Shown: positions 41,104 through 51,357 of the stretch, piece by piece | How the letters are laid out: each line of letters opens with the position of its first letter | How positions within the stretch are numbered: position 1 is the stretch's first letter | Assembly (NCBI GenBank): GCA_029252805.1 | Contig: JAQXAR010000014.1 | Location: 4,198-68,197, forward strand | Source: Rickettsiales bacterium | GTDB taxonomy: Bacteria; Pseudomonadota; Alphaproteobacteria; Rickettsiales; JALZUV01 | DNA: 64,000 nt | Direction of reading: 5' to 3' | The notes under the pieces: model-generated | Told to the model about the DNA's origin: nothing | The model's input: the letters and a program-made list of their open reading frames with translations, nothing else | Database searches by the model: none | Made by a program: the position numbers and the translations under genes

Positions 41104-41811
41104 TTAATGTATTTCCCAACGGTTGATAGTTTCAATATCGCTATCACCCAACATATTTTCTAGTTGCTGCAGACGCTGTTGTAAGCCACGAATTTCCACG
41201 TGCATTTCACGGATAGACTTAATGAGCGGATCATCATCACCCGCTGCAACACAATAAGCATCGAAACCTTCGCCTTTTTCCTGTTTGCGGGCGGTGACGG
41301 AATGAGCAGGAACGCCCACCATAACTGCCTCAGCTTCAACATCGCGCACAACAACCGCGTTTGAGCCAATGCGCGAACCTTCACCAATGGTGATCGGGCC
41401 AAGCAGCTGAGCGCCGGCACCCACAATGACATTATTTTCAATAATCGGATGACGCTGTTTACCGCGATCATCACCACTTGGTGCGACACCGCCTAGAGTA
41501 ACATCATGATAGAGTGTCACATCGTCGCCAATGATTGCCGTTTCGCCAATCACCGTTCCAAAACCGTGATCTACGAAGAAACGTTCACCAATGGTCGCCC
41601 CCGGATGAATCTCAATCGCCGTGATTAATCGGCCAATATGCGACACTAAGCGACCAAGCAGGAACAGCTTCTGCTTCCACAGCCAGTTTGACACACGGTA
41701 AATCTGCAAAGCCTGAAAACCCGGATAGCATAAAACTACCTCTAGAGTCGATCGTGCCGCAGGGTCACGCTCAAAGATGGCTTTAATATCTGATTTTATG
41801 CGCTTAAACAT
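41104..41811 (-). CDS. cysE: Serine O-acetyltransferase
   Basis: Left-handed beta-helix hexapeptide repeats and the '[25 protein letters not shown]' CysE signature. Stops 3 nt before the iscR start. Confidence 0.9.
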   Translation of the reverse strand: MFKRIKSDIKAIFERDPAARSTLEVVLCYPGFQALQIYRVSNWLWKQKLFLLGRLVSHIGRLITAIEIHPGATIGERFFVDHGFGTVIGETAIIGDDVTLYHDVTLGGVAPSGDDRGKQRHPIIENNVIVGAGAQLLGPITIGEGSRIGSNAVVVRDVEAEAVMVGVPAHSVTARKQEKGEGFDAYCVAAGDDDPLIKSIREMHVEIRGLQQRLQQLENMLGDSDIETINRWEIH

Positions 41812-41899
41812 TGCAAAAACTATCCACTTCCGTTAATTAACCCTCTTGTTTAAGGAGTTGTTGCGGCCATTTACCACAAAATTGGTGAAAAACCCAGCA

Positions 41900-41924
41900 A
41901 AACCTTACTTTAAAGGTCAACTAT
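41900..41924 (-). promoter_or_regulatory. Candidate IscR type-1-like binding site upstream of cysE-iscR
   Basis: The minus-strand sequence ATAGTTGACCTTTAAAGTAAGGTTT matches about 20 of 25 positions of the type 1 consensus ATASYYGACTRWWWYAGTCRRSTAT as I recall it. It shares AATAGTTGACC with the E. coli iscR promoter site. Lies ~90-110 nt upstream of the cysE ATG. Confidence 0.3.
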
Positions 41925-41941
41925 TCTGAGTCGTACCCTAC

Positions 41942-42637
41942 ATGCCTGATATTATCATCCCCGGCCCTGAAGGCCGCATCGAAGCTCGTTATCACCACGC
42001 TGAACAGCCTGGAGCGCCTATTGCGCTCGTGCTTCACCCCCACCCGCTTTACGGCGGAACGATGAATAACAAAATCGTTTATCACCTGTACCACGCGTTT
42101 GTACGCCATGGTTTCTCGGTGATGCGCTTCAACTTCCGTGGCGTTGGCCGCTCACAAGGCACGTACGATGAAGGTATCGGCGAATTGTCTGATGCTGCAT
42201 CTGCGCTAGATTGGCTTCAACAGCAAAATCCAGAAGCTTCGACTTGCTGGATTGGCGGATTCTCATTCGGTGCTTGGATTGCGATGCAACTACTAATGCG
42301 TCGCCCAGAGATTGAAGGCTTCCTCACCGTTGCCCCTCCGGCGAATCTCTATGATTTCTCATTCTTGGCGCCATGCCCATCATCGGGCCTTATCGTTCAA
42401 GGTAATCGCGATGAAATCGTGCCGCATGATGATGTGATCAAGCTGAAAGAAAAAGTGATTACGCAAAAAGGTCGCGTGATTGATTATGCGGAAGTCAATG
42501 GTGCAGATCACTATTTCCGTAATCAGCTAGACGAGCTGAACAGCGTCGTTCACGAATATATGACAGGTCGTCGCGCTGAGTTTACGGGCCGTCGTCAGCC
42601 GCCTGATAAGCGTCGCCGTCAATTACCGCGCGAGTAG
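41942..42637 (+). CDS. Alpha/beta-fold hydrolase (COG2945-like)
   Basis: 'LHPHPLYGGTMNNKIV' and nucleophile elbow 'GFSFGAW'. Basic Arg-rich C-terminal tail. Confidence 0.75.
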   Translation: MPDIIIPGPEGRIEARYHHAEQPGAPIALVLHPHPLYGGTMNNKIVYHLYHAFVRHGFSVMRFNFRGVGRSQGTYDEGIGELSDAASALDWLQQQNPEASTCWIGGFSFGAWIAMQLLMRRPEIEGFLTVAPPANLYDFSFLAPCPSSGLIVQGNRDEIVPHDDVIKLKEKVITQKGRVIDYAEVNGADHYFRNQLDELNSVVHEYMTGRRAEFTGRRQPPDKRRRQLPRE

Positions 42638-42991
42638 TATTAAACACCAGATTATGAGAGCATTTAGCAGCGCCAGCAATACGGCAGCACTGCCTGTGTC
42701 TTTTGCCTTCTTCGAGAGCGGATGTTTCTCATCTGATATCCGATCAATCGTAGCCTCAACCGCCGTATTGAGAAGCTCTGTGATGAGGATGAGAAAAATG
42801 CTCCCCACCAAGAGTGCTTTTTCTACACCCGTAATATCGAAAGCGAATAATGCTAGAGGAATCAGAAGGGCGCTTAGCAGCAATTCCTGCTGAAAGGAGA
42901 CCTCCTCTTTCGTTGCAATCGCTAGCCCGGCCAAAGAATAGCCTAATGATTCAAACTTATGGCGAATATCAAATAACTTACTTTGCGACAT
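42623..42991 (-). CDS. dgkA: Diacylglycerol kinase (prokaryotic integral-membrane type)
   Basis: Collinear with E. coli DgkA as I recall it ('ELLNTAVEATIDRIS', 'AKDTGSAAVLLALL'). 122 aa. Confidence 0.88.
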   Translation of the reverse strand: MSQSKLFDIRHKFESLGYSLAGLAIATKEEVSFQQELLLSALLIPLALFAFDITGVEKALLVGSIFLILITELLNTAVEATIDRISDEKHPLSKKAKDTGSAAVLLALLNALIIWCLILLAR

Positions 42992-44324
42992 AACTGGCTC
43001 CCTTTTTCCATTCGATAAACTGCGCTAGTTTCGGCGCGCAATCTGGTAATTTTAGCACCAATAAGATGACAACCACTCCGTTAACACAAGCTAAAGCCGT
43101 AAAGAGAGCCACCACATCTAAACCCATCTCCAGTAGCAACACCGCTAGCAACATCGCCGTCACAATAAAGGCGGAGTTGATAATATTTCGGGCCGCAATA
43201 ATACGCGAACGTTCCTTGCGACCTACTCTGGCTTGAATCAATGTATAAAAAGGCACGACATAGATCCCACCGGCAAAGGCAGTGAAAAACATCCAGAGCA
43301 GTAAATAAAGGTTACCGCCAACCGCTAGAAATGCGTCGATACCCATCAGCACTTCGACCTCATGCATCGGCGTGGATTGCCACATCATAAGGCCAATAAA
43401 CAGGCTCATCGCCAAAGCGGATAGCGGAGCGTAAATTGCGGTCACTTTATCTTTCAAAACATAGCGACAAGCCAGCGAACCGAGTGAGACCCCCACCGTA
43501 AAGACCGATAAGAAGAGGGTGTAAACTTCGTTATCCGCGCCCACCCATTTGGCATAAACAGGGAATTGAGACATCATAATAGCAGATACAGCGATAAACC
43601 ATGAGAGCCCCAAAATCGCATAATAAACCTGACGATTTTCAAATGCAGCAAGGGTGACCGATAGGGCTTCTTCTATAATATTATAGCTCACTCGCTTATC
43701 TGAATCTGCAACAGCAATGGCCGGAATAAAAAAGCTGGCAATCAAGCCTAATAGAGCAGCACCTATAACGGCGAATCCTGCAATTTGAGAAGCATAATCA
43801 AACTCATAAACTAAGCCGCCCAACGTTAACCCTAACAAAACGGAAAGATAAGTGGTCGCAGATACTTTTCCATTGGCAGAAACTAGGCGATCCTCGCCCA
43901 CTAAATCTGCGATAATGCTGTATTTCACAGGGCCAAAAAAAGCAGATTGTACGCCGCTCAACGCCAAAGTGAAGATCAGCAAGGTAATATTCTCCATATA
44001 GAATGCGTAGCAGCCCAGCGACATAATCAAACATTCCGCTAACTTTATGTTTATAATGAGTTTTGCCTTATCCATCTTATCTGCCAACTGCCCTGAAATG
44101 GTTGAAATAAACGGAAATGGAAGCACCAGTAACATCGAACATAATGCGATTAATACCGGTGCACTCAAGCTCGCCTCTGGATTGGCTGATCCGTAATAAA
44201 CAATCAGCACCGCCAAAGCACTTCGGAAGAAGTTATCGTTCAAGGATCCTAGGAACTGTAATATCAGAAGAGCGCTGAAGCCCTTGCCTGCCGTTGTTAT
44301 TTCTTTGTCTTCTTTTTTTATCAT
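42978..44324 (-). CDS. MFS transporter, lysophospholipid transporter (LplT)-like
   Basis: About 12 predicted TM segments and MFS-type loops. Overlaps the dgkA start by 14 nt. The LplT assignment is inferred from context and overall resemblance only. Confidence 0.7.
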   Translation of the reverse strand: MIKKEDKEITTAGKGFSALLILQFLGSLNDNFFRSALAVLIVYYGSANPEASLSAPVLIALCSMLLVLPFPFISTISGQLADKMDKAKLIINIKLAECLIMSLGCYAFYMENITLLIFTLALSGVQSAFFGPVKYSIIADLVGEDRLVSANGKVSATTYLSVLLGLTLGGLVYEFDYASQIAGFAVIGAALLGLIASFFIPAIAVADSDKRVSYNIIEEALSVTLAAFENRQVYYAILGLSWFIAVSAIMMSQFPVYAKWVGADNEVYTLFLSVFTVGVSLGSLACRYVLKDKVTAIYAPLSALAMSLFIGLMMWQSTPMHEVEVLMGIDAFLAVGGNLYLLLWMFFTAFAGGIYVVPFYTLIQARVGRKERSRIIAARNIINSAFIVTAMLLAVLLLEMGLDVVALFTALACVNGVVVILLVLKLPDCAPKLAQFIEWKKGASYVAK

Positions 44325-44364
44325 TATGTCCTCCTAAAACACTTGCATTAGAGAAATAATAGCA

Positions 44365-44389
44365 TATTATTGAACACTGATCAATAATA
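44365..44389. promoter_or_regulatory. Candidate TetR operator: perfect 9-bp inverted repeat TATTATTGA-N7-TCAATAATA
   Basis: Read directly. Arms at 44365-44373 and 44381-44389, in the 84 nt divergent spacer between the MFS gene and the TetR gene. Confidence 0.35.
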
Positions 44390-44408
44390 ATTATGAACGG
44401 TGTTTATT

Positions 44409-45008
44409 ATGGCTCGACGAAGCGATCATTCACGTGATGAAATCAAGCAAATGGCGATCCTCAAAGGAGTCGAGATCATCAGAGAACATGGCTTAAAGGA
44501 ACTGAGCGCCCGCAAACTAGCAACGGCTATCGGCTACACGGTCGGCACGCTCTATAACGTTTTTCAAAACCATGACGATATTGTGGTCCATATTAATGCG
44601 GCCACGCTTGATGTCATGACCCACAACATCGCCCAACTCTCAAGCGAGCTTACCCAAGCCCCTACCCTAGAAGAGGCAATCCGTTTACTATCCTTTAGCT
44701 ACTTGGCATTCGCCAAACAGGAATATCATTTATGGAATTCTGTATTCGAGCATGACATTAGCAAAGACGACCTCCCCAGCTGGTATCAGGACAAGACCGG
44801 CGCGCTATTTGGCGTTATTGAGAGCCTATTATTAGCCAAACCAACCTGCAATCCGCAAGAAGCCAGCACCCATGCAAAAGTGCTCTGGGCCTCTATTCAT
44901 GGTATTTGCAGCCTCAGCATGAATGGCAAACTTGCATTGCTTGATGCGGCTCCGGTTGAAACGCTTATCGAGACATTCTTAGGTAACTATAAGCTACTGA
45001 GTGCTTGA
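44409..45008 (+). CDS. TetR/AcrR family transcriptional regulator
   Basis: N-terminal HTH 'LSARKLATAIGYTVGTLYNVFQNHDDI'. Divergent from the MFS gene. Confidence 0.85.
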   Translation: MARRSDHSRDEIKQMAILKGVEIIREHGLKELSARKLATAIGYTVGTLYNVFQNHDDIVVHINAATLDVMTHNIAQLSSELTQAPTLEEAIRLLSFSYLAFAKQEYHLWNSVFEHDISKDDLPSWYQDKTGALFGVIESLLLAKPTCNPQEASTHAKVLWASIHGICSLSMNGKLALLDAAPVETLIETFLGNYKLLSA

Positions 45009-45012
45009 ACCC

Positions 45013-46083
45013 TCAAGAAATGAAATACACCGCGCCGCCAGAAACAGGATGCGTTGCACCGGTTGTTTCAGGGAAAGTCAGTGGTTTGCGCTGGAGAGCT
45101 CGAACGGCAAAATAAGCAAAGGCCTGCGCTTCTAATCCGTCATTATCCCAACCTAATTCGCTAGCGAGTACTACATTGCCGCAATGTTTACGCAGCTTTT
45201 CAACCATCGTTTTGTTATGGCACCCGCCGCCGCAGAATATCCATTGCTTTGGCATATCAGGGAAATATTGCGCAGCAAGGGCGATACTACGCGCTGTAAA
45301 GGCAGTGAGCGTTGCGGCACCCTCTTCCAACGATAAATGTTCAATCGGAGACAGCGAGAACGCATTGCGATCCAATGATTTTGGATAGGCTTGCTCGAAA
45401 TACGGGTGACTTAAGTAATAATCTAACAGCGCCTCATCCACCTTACCGGCAGCCGCGAAAGCGCCGCCCTCATCGCATTGCATATCGTCACGATGTTGTT
45501 TTACCCAGTCGTTCAACAACACATTTCCCGGCCCCGTATCAAAGGCGCTAATGCGGCCATCTTCGTTCAACCAGCTAATATTGGCGATACCTCCGATATT
45601 GATAACCGCGAGTGGCTTCGGTAAATCACGTGCTAATGCCGCATGAAAGAGCGGTACAAGCGGAGCACCCTGCCCACCTGCGGCAATATCAGCACTGCGA
45701 AAATCATTTACGACCGTAATACCGGTTTTCTCAGCCAGCAGCGCACCGTTACCAATTTGGATAGAAACGCCATCTGTAGGACGGTGATCGATCGTCTGCC
45801 CGTGAAAGCCGATCACCTCAACCGGCTTATCAAAATCGGCGAGCAATTGATTGACCGCCTCCGCGTGTAACAAGGTTATATCACGCTCTAACAAGCCTCT
45901 ATCGGGCGATTCACGGTAGACGCCACGGTGCAACCGCTTTTGCATTTCAGCATCGTAAGGCAGCGTCAAAGACGGCCCTTGCTCCAATACCGATTCGCCA
46001 TCGCTTAGAATCGCCGCGACATCAATTCCGTCTAGCGAGCTTCCACTCATGAGGCCAATGGCCCATATTGGCGTATCGTTCAT
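45013..46083 (-). CDS. anmK: Anhydro-N-acetylmuramic acid kinase
   Basis: '[14 protein letters not shown]' N-terminus and 'NIGGIANI', 'DTGPGN' motifs. ATG at 46083. Confidence 0.9.
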   Translation of the reverse strand: MNDTPIWAIGLMSGSSLDGIDVAAILSDGESVLEQGPSLTLPYDAEMQKRLHRGVYRESPDRGLLERDITLLHAEAVNQLLADFDKPVEVIGFHGQTIDHRPTDGVSIQIGNGALLAEKTGITVVNDFRSADIAAGGQGAPLVPLFHAALARDLPKPLAVINIGGIANISWLNEDGRISAFDTGPGNVLLNDWVKQHRDDMQCDEGGAFAAAGKVDEALLDYYLSHPYFEQAYPKSLDRNAFSLSPIEHLSLEEGAATLTAFTARSIALAAQYFPDMPKQWIFCGGGCHNKTMVEKLRKHCGNVVLASELGWDNDGLEAQAFAYFAVRALQRKPLTFPETTGATHPVSGGAVYFIS

Positions 46084-46119
46084 ATTGCAATCTCCTCCCA
46101 TGTGAGTACAACAGGGGCT

Positions 46120-47391
46120 ATGACATTCCAATCCAAATTTTTAAGCACGCTGTTTGAGCGCGGTTTTATCCATCAGCAAACCGATGAGAGTGGCCTTGAT
46201 GCCTACCTCACCGAGCATGAGAAGAACGGCACGAGCGGCGTCTGCTATATCGGCTTTGACTGCACGGCAAACAGCCTTCACGTAGGCAGCCTATTGCAAA
46301 TTATGACACTACGCTGGTTTCAACAATGCGGCCATAAGCCGATTATCTTACTCGGCGGCGGTACTACCAAGATCGGCGACCCTTCCGGTAAAGATGAATC
46401 CCGCAAACTCCTTGATGACGCCGCGATTGAAGCGAACAAACAAGGCATCCGTCAAAACTTTGAAAGCTTCATTAATTTCGATAATGCCGAGTTAGTCGAT
46501 AACGCCGAGTGGATTGATAAACTGAACTATCCAACCTTCCTGCGCGATGTAGGGCGTCACTTCTCAGTCAACCGCATGTTGAGCATGGATAGCGTCAACT
46601 TACGCCTGGAACGTGAGCAAAATCTAAGTTTCCTAGAGTTCAACTACATGGTTTTTCAAGCTTATGACTTTACCGTACTGGCTGATAAATACGATTGCCG
46701 TTTGCAAATTGGTGGCTCGGATCAATGGGGGAATATTACTCAGGGCACCGATCTAAATCGCCACATCAGCTCCGCCAAAGGTGAAGAAACGACCAAGCTA
46801 TTCGGCCTAACCACCCCGCTTATCACCACTTCATCCGGTACAAAGATGGGTAAGACAGCCGCCGGCGCAGTATGGCTAAACCCAGAGATGCTCTCGCCTT
46901 ATGATTACTGGCAGTTCTGGCGTAATACCGAAGATGCCGATGTGGGCCGTTTCCTCAAATTCTTCACTGATATGCCGATGGATGAAATTGCCAAGCTCGG
47001 AGCTATGCAAGGCGCTGAGATTAACGAAGCCAAGAAACTCCTCGCTAATGCAGCGACGACACTCCTACATGGCGAAGACGCAGCTAAACTCGCCGCCGAA
47101 ACCGCACAGAAAACCTTTGAACAAGGCACTGTGGGTGATGACTTACCAGAATTCACGGTTAGTGCATCAGAACTCGCCGAAGGCATCCCCGCTTTCAAAC
47201 TATGGCACATGGCTGGGCTAGCCTCATCCGGCAAAGAGGCGCGCCGTTTAATTCAAGGTGGCGGTGCGAAGTTAAATGACGAGAAAGTGGAGAATGAGAT
47301 GTTCGCGGTAAACAACTCTGCCCTTACCGGTGACGGCTATGCCAAACTCTCTGCTGGAAAAAAGAAACATGCGATTCTTCGTGTTGCTTAA
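46120..47391 (+). CDS. tyrS: Tyrosine--tRNA ligase
   Basis: HIGH-type '[10 protein letters not shown]', KMSKS-type 'KMGKT', and a C-terminal S4 domain. ATG at 46120. Confidence 0.95.
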   Translation: MTFQSKFLSTLFERGFIHQQTDESGLDAYLTEHEKNGTSGVCYIGFDCTANSLHVGSLLQIMTLRWFQQCGHKPIILLGGGTTKIGDPSGKDESRKLLDDAAIEANKQGIRQNFESFINFDNAELVDNAEWIDKLNYPTFLRDVGRHFSVNRMLSMDSVNLRLEREQNLSFLEFNYMVFQAYDFTVLADKYDCRLQIGGSDQWGNITQGTDLNRHISSAKGEETTKLFGLTTPLITTSSGTKMGKTAAGAVWLNPEMLSPYDYWQFWRNTEDADVGRFLKFFTDMPMDEIAKLGAMQGAEINEAKKLLANAATTLLHGEDAAKLAAETAQKTFEQGTVGDDLPEFTVSASELAEGIPAFKLWHMAGLASSGKEARRLIQGGGAKLNDEKVENEMFAVNNSALTGDGYAKLSAGKKKHAILRVA

Positions 47392-47494
47392 GGCTCATTT
47401 AACACACCGTTAAACCTAGACTGCCAAATATCATTTCACCTTTGAGGTATTTTGTATTAGCATCTAAAAAACGAATCTTACGAGTGAGGCACCT

Positions 47495-48376
47495 ATGGGA
47501 ACCGAAGAATACGTTTATGAATACCCGGATTATCCGCAGATGAAGGCTGATTTCAGTATTCCAGACCAATATTACGAGCGGTATACGCCAGAAGATCAAG
47601 ACGTTTGGCGCTTTTTATATAAGCGTCAGATGGAACTGATGCCTAAATATGCCTGCCAAACCTATCTCGATGCGCTGGAAGACATGCCTATTACTGGCGA
47701 TGAAATCCCGCATTTCGACGCGATTAATGAGAAACTCTATGCCGCGACAGGTTGGGAGTTAGTCCCCGTTCCCGGCTTAATCCCCGCGCATAGCTTCTTT
47801 ACGCATCTGGCGACGAAGGCCTTCCCTGTCACGCATTGGATGCGCCCTAAGGATAGGATCGATTACCTGCAAGAGCCTGACTTATTTCATGACTTATTCG
47901 GCCATGTCCCGCTCCTCATGAACCCGATATTCGGTCAGTATCTCTCTGCCTTTGGACGCGGCGGCTGTCGGGCACTACGCATTGGCGATGAGAAATCACT
48001 CGAAAACCTGACCCGCCTCTACTGGTATACGGTCGAGTTCGGCCTCATGCGTGAAGCAAATCAAACCAAAATTTACGGTGCAGGTATTCTCTCCTCCCCT
48101 GGCGAAGTGGTCTTCAGTATCGATAGCCCGTCGCCCAACCGGATCGCTTTTGATATGAAGCGTATGATGCAAACCGATTTCATTATTAGTGATTACCAAG
48201 AGAGTTATTGGGTGATTGATCATTTTGAACAGCTGTTTGAAGCGACTAAACCTGATTTCAAAAAAATCTATCAAGAACTAGCCCCTCAGCCAGTTTACCG
48301 CCCAGAGCAAACCCTCGAAAAAGATAAGATCTACACCACAGGAACCGGCGAATATCACCGTGCAAAAGCGAGCTAG
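47495..48376 (+). CDS. phhA: Phenylalanine-4-hydroxylase (bacterial monomeric type)
   Basis: Iron ligands in 'PDLFHDLFGHVPLL' and 'YWYTVEFGL'. Confidence 0.93.
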   Translation: MGTEEYVYEYPDYPQMKADFSIPDQYYERYTPEDQDVWRFLYKRQMELMPKYACQTYLDALEDMPITGDEIPHFDAINEKLYAATGWELVPVPGLIPAHSFFTHLATKAFPVTHWMRPKDRIDYLQEPDLFHDLFGHVPLLMNPIFGQYLSAFGRGGCRALRIGDEKSLENLTRLYWYTVEFGLMREANQTKIYGAGILSSPGEVVFSIDSPSPNRIAFDMKRMMQTDFIISDYQESYWVIDHFEQLFEATKPDFKKIYQELAPQPVYRPEQTLEKDKIYTTGTGEYHRAKAS

Positions 48377-48465
48377 ATAACACCTGCTTCACTTATTTTT
48401 GGATAGATACTCTTCCAACGCAGATCTTACTTGCGCTCTTTTACATTTTAAGCCAATCAGTGAGT

Positions 48466-48996
48466 ATGTCTTTAGGAAATGATCTCGAACGCGTAACGGA
48501 AACTGGCTTATTTGCCAGCCGTTGGTTGCTAACTCCGTTTTATATTGGCCTTGTTGGTTCGCTTCTACTGTTAATGAACAGTTTTGTGCATGAGTTTATC
48601 GGCTTTTTCTCGCAGCTTGCTACCATTAGCACAAATGATACAATCCTTGCCGTCCTCACCCTGATTGACCTTACACTGGCCGCCAATCTTGTGATTATCG
48701 TGACTTTCTCAGGTTATGAAAATTTTGTCTCAAAGTTCGATATTGACGACCATAAAGATCGCCCAGCATGGCAAGGAAAAGTCGATTTTTCTGGTCTGAA
48801 GATGAAGCTTGTCGCGTCAATCATCGCCATCTCAAGCATTCACTTACTCAAAGTATTTATGGATGTTGCGAAATATGATGAAAAGATCATCCGCTGGATG
48901 GTGATTATTCATGTTATCTTCATCACGTCAGGCGTCATGCTCGCACTGATGGATCGCCTCATGTATAGCTGGCGCAATAACACCACTAACAATTAG
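48466..48996 (+). CDS. yqhA: UPF0114 (YqhA) family inner membrane protein
   Basis: 'LFASRWLLTPFYIGL' N-terminus and an overall 4-TM layout resembling E. coli YqhA. Confidence 0.78.
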   Translation: MSLGNDLERVTETGLFASRWLLTPFYIGLVGSLLLLMNSFVHEFIGFFSQLATISTNDTILAVLTLIDLTLAANLVIIVTFSGYENFVSKFDIDDHKDRPAWQGKVDFSGLKMKLVASIIAISSIHLLKVFMDVAKYDEKIIRWMVIIHVIFITSGVMLALMDRLMYSWRNNTTNN

Positions 48997-49006
48997 TCAC
49001 TGCCGC

Positions 49007-49789
49007 TTAAGGCTGCGGCGCCTTATCGAAGAGTCTAAAGAAATTCTCAGTGGTTTGCGCAGCAGCAGCTTCCAATGAAACCTCTTTCAATTGCGCTAAA
49101 TATTCGCAAGTATGGCGCGTATAGGCAGGTTCATTGCGCTTCCCACGATGCGGCATCGGCGCGAGATACGGCGCATCAGTTTCCACCAACACCTTATCCA
49201 GCGGCAAGTCTTTTGCGATGGCTTGAATTTCTTTCGCATTTTTGAACGTCAAAATACCAGACAGCGAGATCGTTAAGCCCAGCTTAAGCACTTCATCTGC
49301 CAGCCATTTCGTGCCGGTAAAACAATGGATGAGCGCTTTGAAATCACCTTTGGCTTTCTCTTCTTTCAGAATCGCAACCGTATCTTCCTCTGCATCACGG
49401 CAATGGATGATTACGGGCAGTCCCGTTTGGCGGCTCGCTTCGATATGAATACGGAAACTTTCTTTCTGCAGGCTCACATGGTCGATGGAATGGAAGTAAT
49501 CCAGTCCCGTTTCACCCAGCCCAATCACCTTCGGCTTATCGGCAGCCTCCACGAGCTCGCCTAGCGTAACTAAAGGCGCTTCCTGTACATTGCAAGGATG
49601 CACCCCAACCGAACAATAAATTTGCTCATGATCTAGCGCTATTTTATGGATCGTTTCAAACTCACTCATGCGCGTGCAGATGGTTTGCAACAAGCCCACC
49701 TCCGCCTCAGCCGCATTCGCCAATACCGCATCAAAATCCTCCTCAAAATCAGAGAAGTTCAAATGGCAATGAGAGTCGACGATAAGCAT
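49007..49789 (-). CDS. tatD: TatD-family metal-dependent hydrolase/DNase
   Basis: 'DSHCHL' N-terminus, then 'GETGLDY', 'IHCR' and 'ETDAPYL'. Confidence 0.9.
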   Translation of the reverse strand: MLIVDSHCHLNFSDFEEDFDAVLANAAEAEVGLLQTICTRMSEFETIHKIALDHEQIYCSVGVHPCNVQEAPLVTLGELVEAADKPKVIGLGETGLDYFHSIDHVSLQKESFRIHIEASRQTGLPVIIHCRDAEEDTVAILKEEKAKGDFKALIHCFTGTKWLADEVLKLGLTISLSGILTFKNAKEIQAIAKDLPLDKVLVETDAPYLAPMPHRGKRNEPAYTRHTCEYLAQLKEVSLEAAAAQTTENFFRLFDKAPQP

Positions 49790-49791
49790 GC

Positions 49792-51357
49792 TTACGCCAC
49801 CTTCTCTGCCACTTGCAAGCGCGGGAACACGCCCTCTGGTTTAGGCAAATCAGTTCCTACTTTAAGCGCGAATTGATCGCTTAAATGTTCGAAGCCTCGT
49901 TCATCTTCAGGCACGGCTAGCTGATCGAGAATTTTAGCGGATGCTTCCGGGCAGAATGGCTGCAGCAAAATGGCGACACAGCGGATACCCTCTACCGTAT
50001 AATGTAGAACCTCCGCCATTTTCTCAGGGTCCGTTTTCCTCAGAACCCACGGCGCGTTATCGGCGAAATAATGATTCATAACATGTGCGGAATCTGACAG
50101 CGCAAGCAAAGCGTCATTATAACGAAACTCTTGCATCGCTTGGAGGTAATCTTCACGGTTTTTGCTATAGAGCTTGCCCATCAGCTCTTCTTGTTTACCG
50201 ACATAAGTAGGCACTTTTGCGTCACAATTTTTCTGAATCATCGAAAGCGAACGTTGCGCCAAGTTACCGATATTATTTGCTAAATCTGCATTAATCACTT
50301 CAATCATGCGTTCCTGACTAAAATCACCATCATTGCCAAAAGGCATGGCTTTTAACATGAAATAGCGCAACTGATCGACGCCACCGGCTTTCTCAATCAT
50401 CTCAGCAGGTGAGAGTACATTACCGATAGATTTGCTCATCTTCTCGCCTTCAATCGTCCACCAGCCATGAGCGAGCACCTGCTTAGGAACAGGTAGTTCT
50501 GCGGCCATAAGGAAAGCAGGCCAGTACACTGCATGAAAACGCAAGATGTCTTTACCCACCACATGCACGGGGGGATTCTCTGCCCAGAACTTCTGGTAAT
50601 TGTCAGAATCAGGCCAGCCAAGTGCCGTCAGGTAATTAGTCAGCGCATCGATCCACACGTACATTACATGGTTCTCATCGTCTGGCACTGGAACTCCCCA
50701 GTCGAAACTTGTGCGTGAAATAGAAAGGTCACGCAAACCGCCTTTGACGAAACTCTTTACCTCATTCAGACGTGAATCTGGCGAAACAAAGCTACCCTCA
50801 CCATAGAGTTCCAACAACTTACCTTCAAAAGCGGAGAGTTTGAAAAAGTAACTTTCCTCTTCCACCCATTCGACTTCCGCACCTGTCGGCGCCACTTTCT
50901 TACCGTCTTTGGTAATCAGCTCTGCTTCCGCATAATAGGCTTCATCACGCACGGCATACCAGCCACCATAATTATCCTTATAGATATAGCCATTCGCCTC
51001 GATACGTTTCCAGAGCTCTTGAGCGGTTTGCTTGTGACGAGCCTCCGTAGTGCGAACAAAGTCGTTATTTGACGCGTTAAGCAAATTATCACCTGTCGCC
51101 ACTAAGTTACGGAAATATTGCGAATTTTTATCACAAATCTCTTGAGGCGTTACGCCAGCCTTCTCCGCTGATTTCGCGACCTTCTGACCGTGCTCATCCG
51201 TGCCCGTCAGGAAAAAAATTTCGTGCCCGTTCAGCTGCATAAAGCGCGCCATCACATCGCAAGCAATGGTGGTGTAAGCATGGCCAATATGCGGCGCATC
51301 ATTCACATAATAAATCGGAGTCGTAATATAAAAGGGGGTTTTGGAATCAGCTATCAT
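49792..51357 (-). CDS. metG: Methionine--tRNA ligase (short form)
   Basis: 'PIYYVNDAPHIGHAYT' (HIGH) and 'KMSKSIGN'. Confidence 0.96.
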   Translation of the reverse strand: MIADSKTPFYITTPIYYVNDAPHIGHAYTTIACDVMARFMQLNGHEIFFLTGTDEHGQKVAKSAEKAGVTPQEICDKNSQYFRNLVATGDNLLNASNNDFVRTTEARHKQTAQELWKRIEANGYIYKDNYGGWYAVRDEAYYAEAELITKDGKKVAPTGAEVEWVEEESYFFKLSAFEGKLLELYGEGSFVSPDSRLNEVKSFVKGGLRDLSISRTSFDWGVPVPDDENHVMYVWIDALTNYLTALGWPDSDNYQKFWAENPPVHVVGKDILRFHAVYWPAFLMAAELPVPKQVLAHGWWTIEGEKMSKSIGNVLSPAEMIEKAGGVDQLRYFMLKAMPFGNDGDFSQERMIEVINADLANNIGNLAQRSLSMIQKNCDAKVPTYVGKQEELMGKLYSKNREDYLQAMQEFRYNDALLALSDSAHVMNHYFADNAPWVLRKTDPEKMAEVLHYTVEGIRCVAILLQPFCPEASAKILDQLAVPEDERGFEHLSDQFALKVGTDLPKPEGVFPRLQVAEKVA

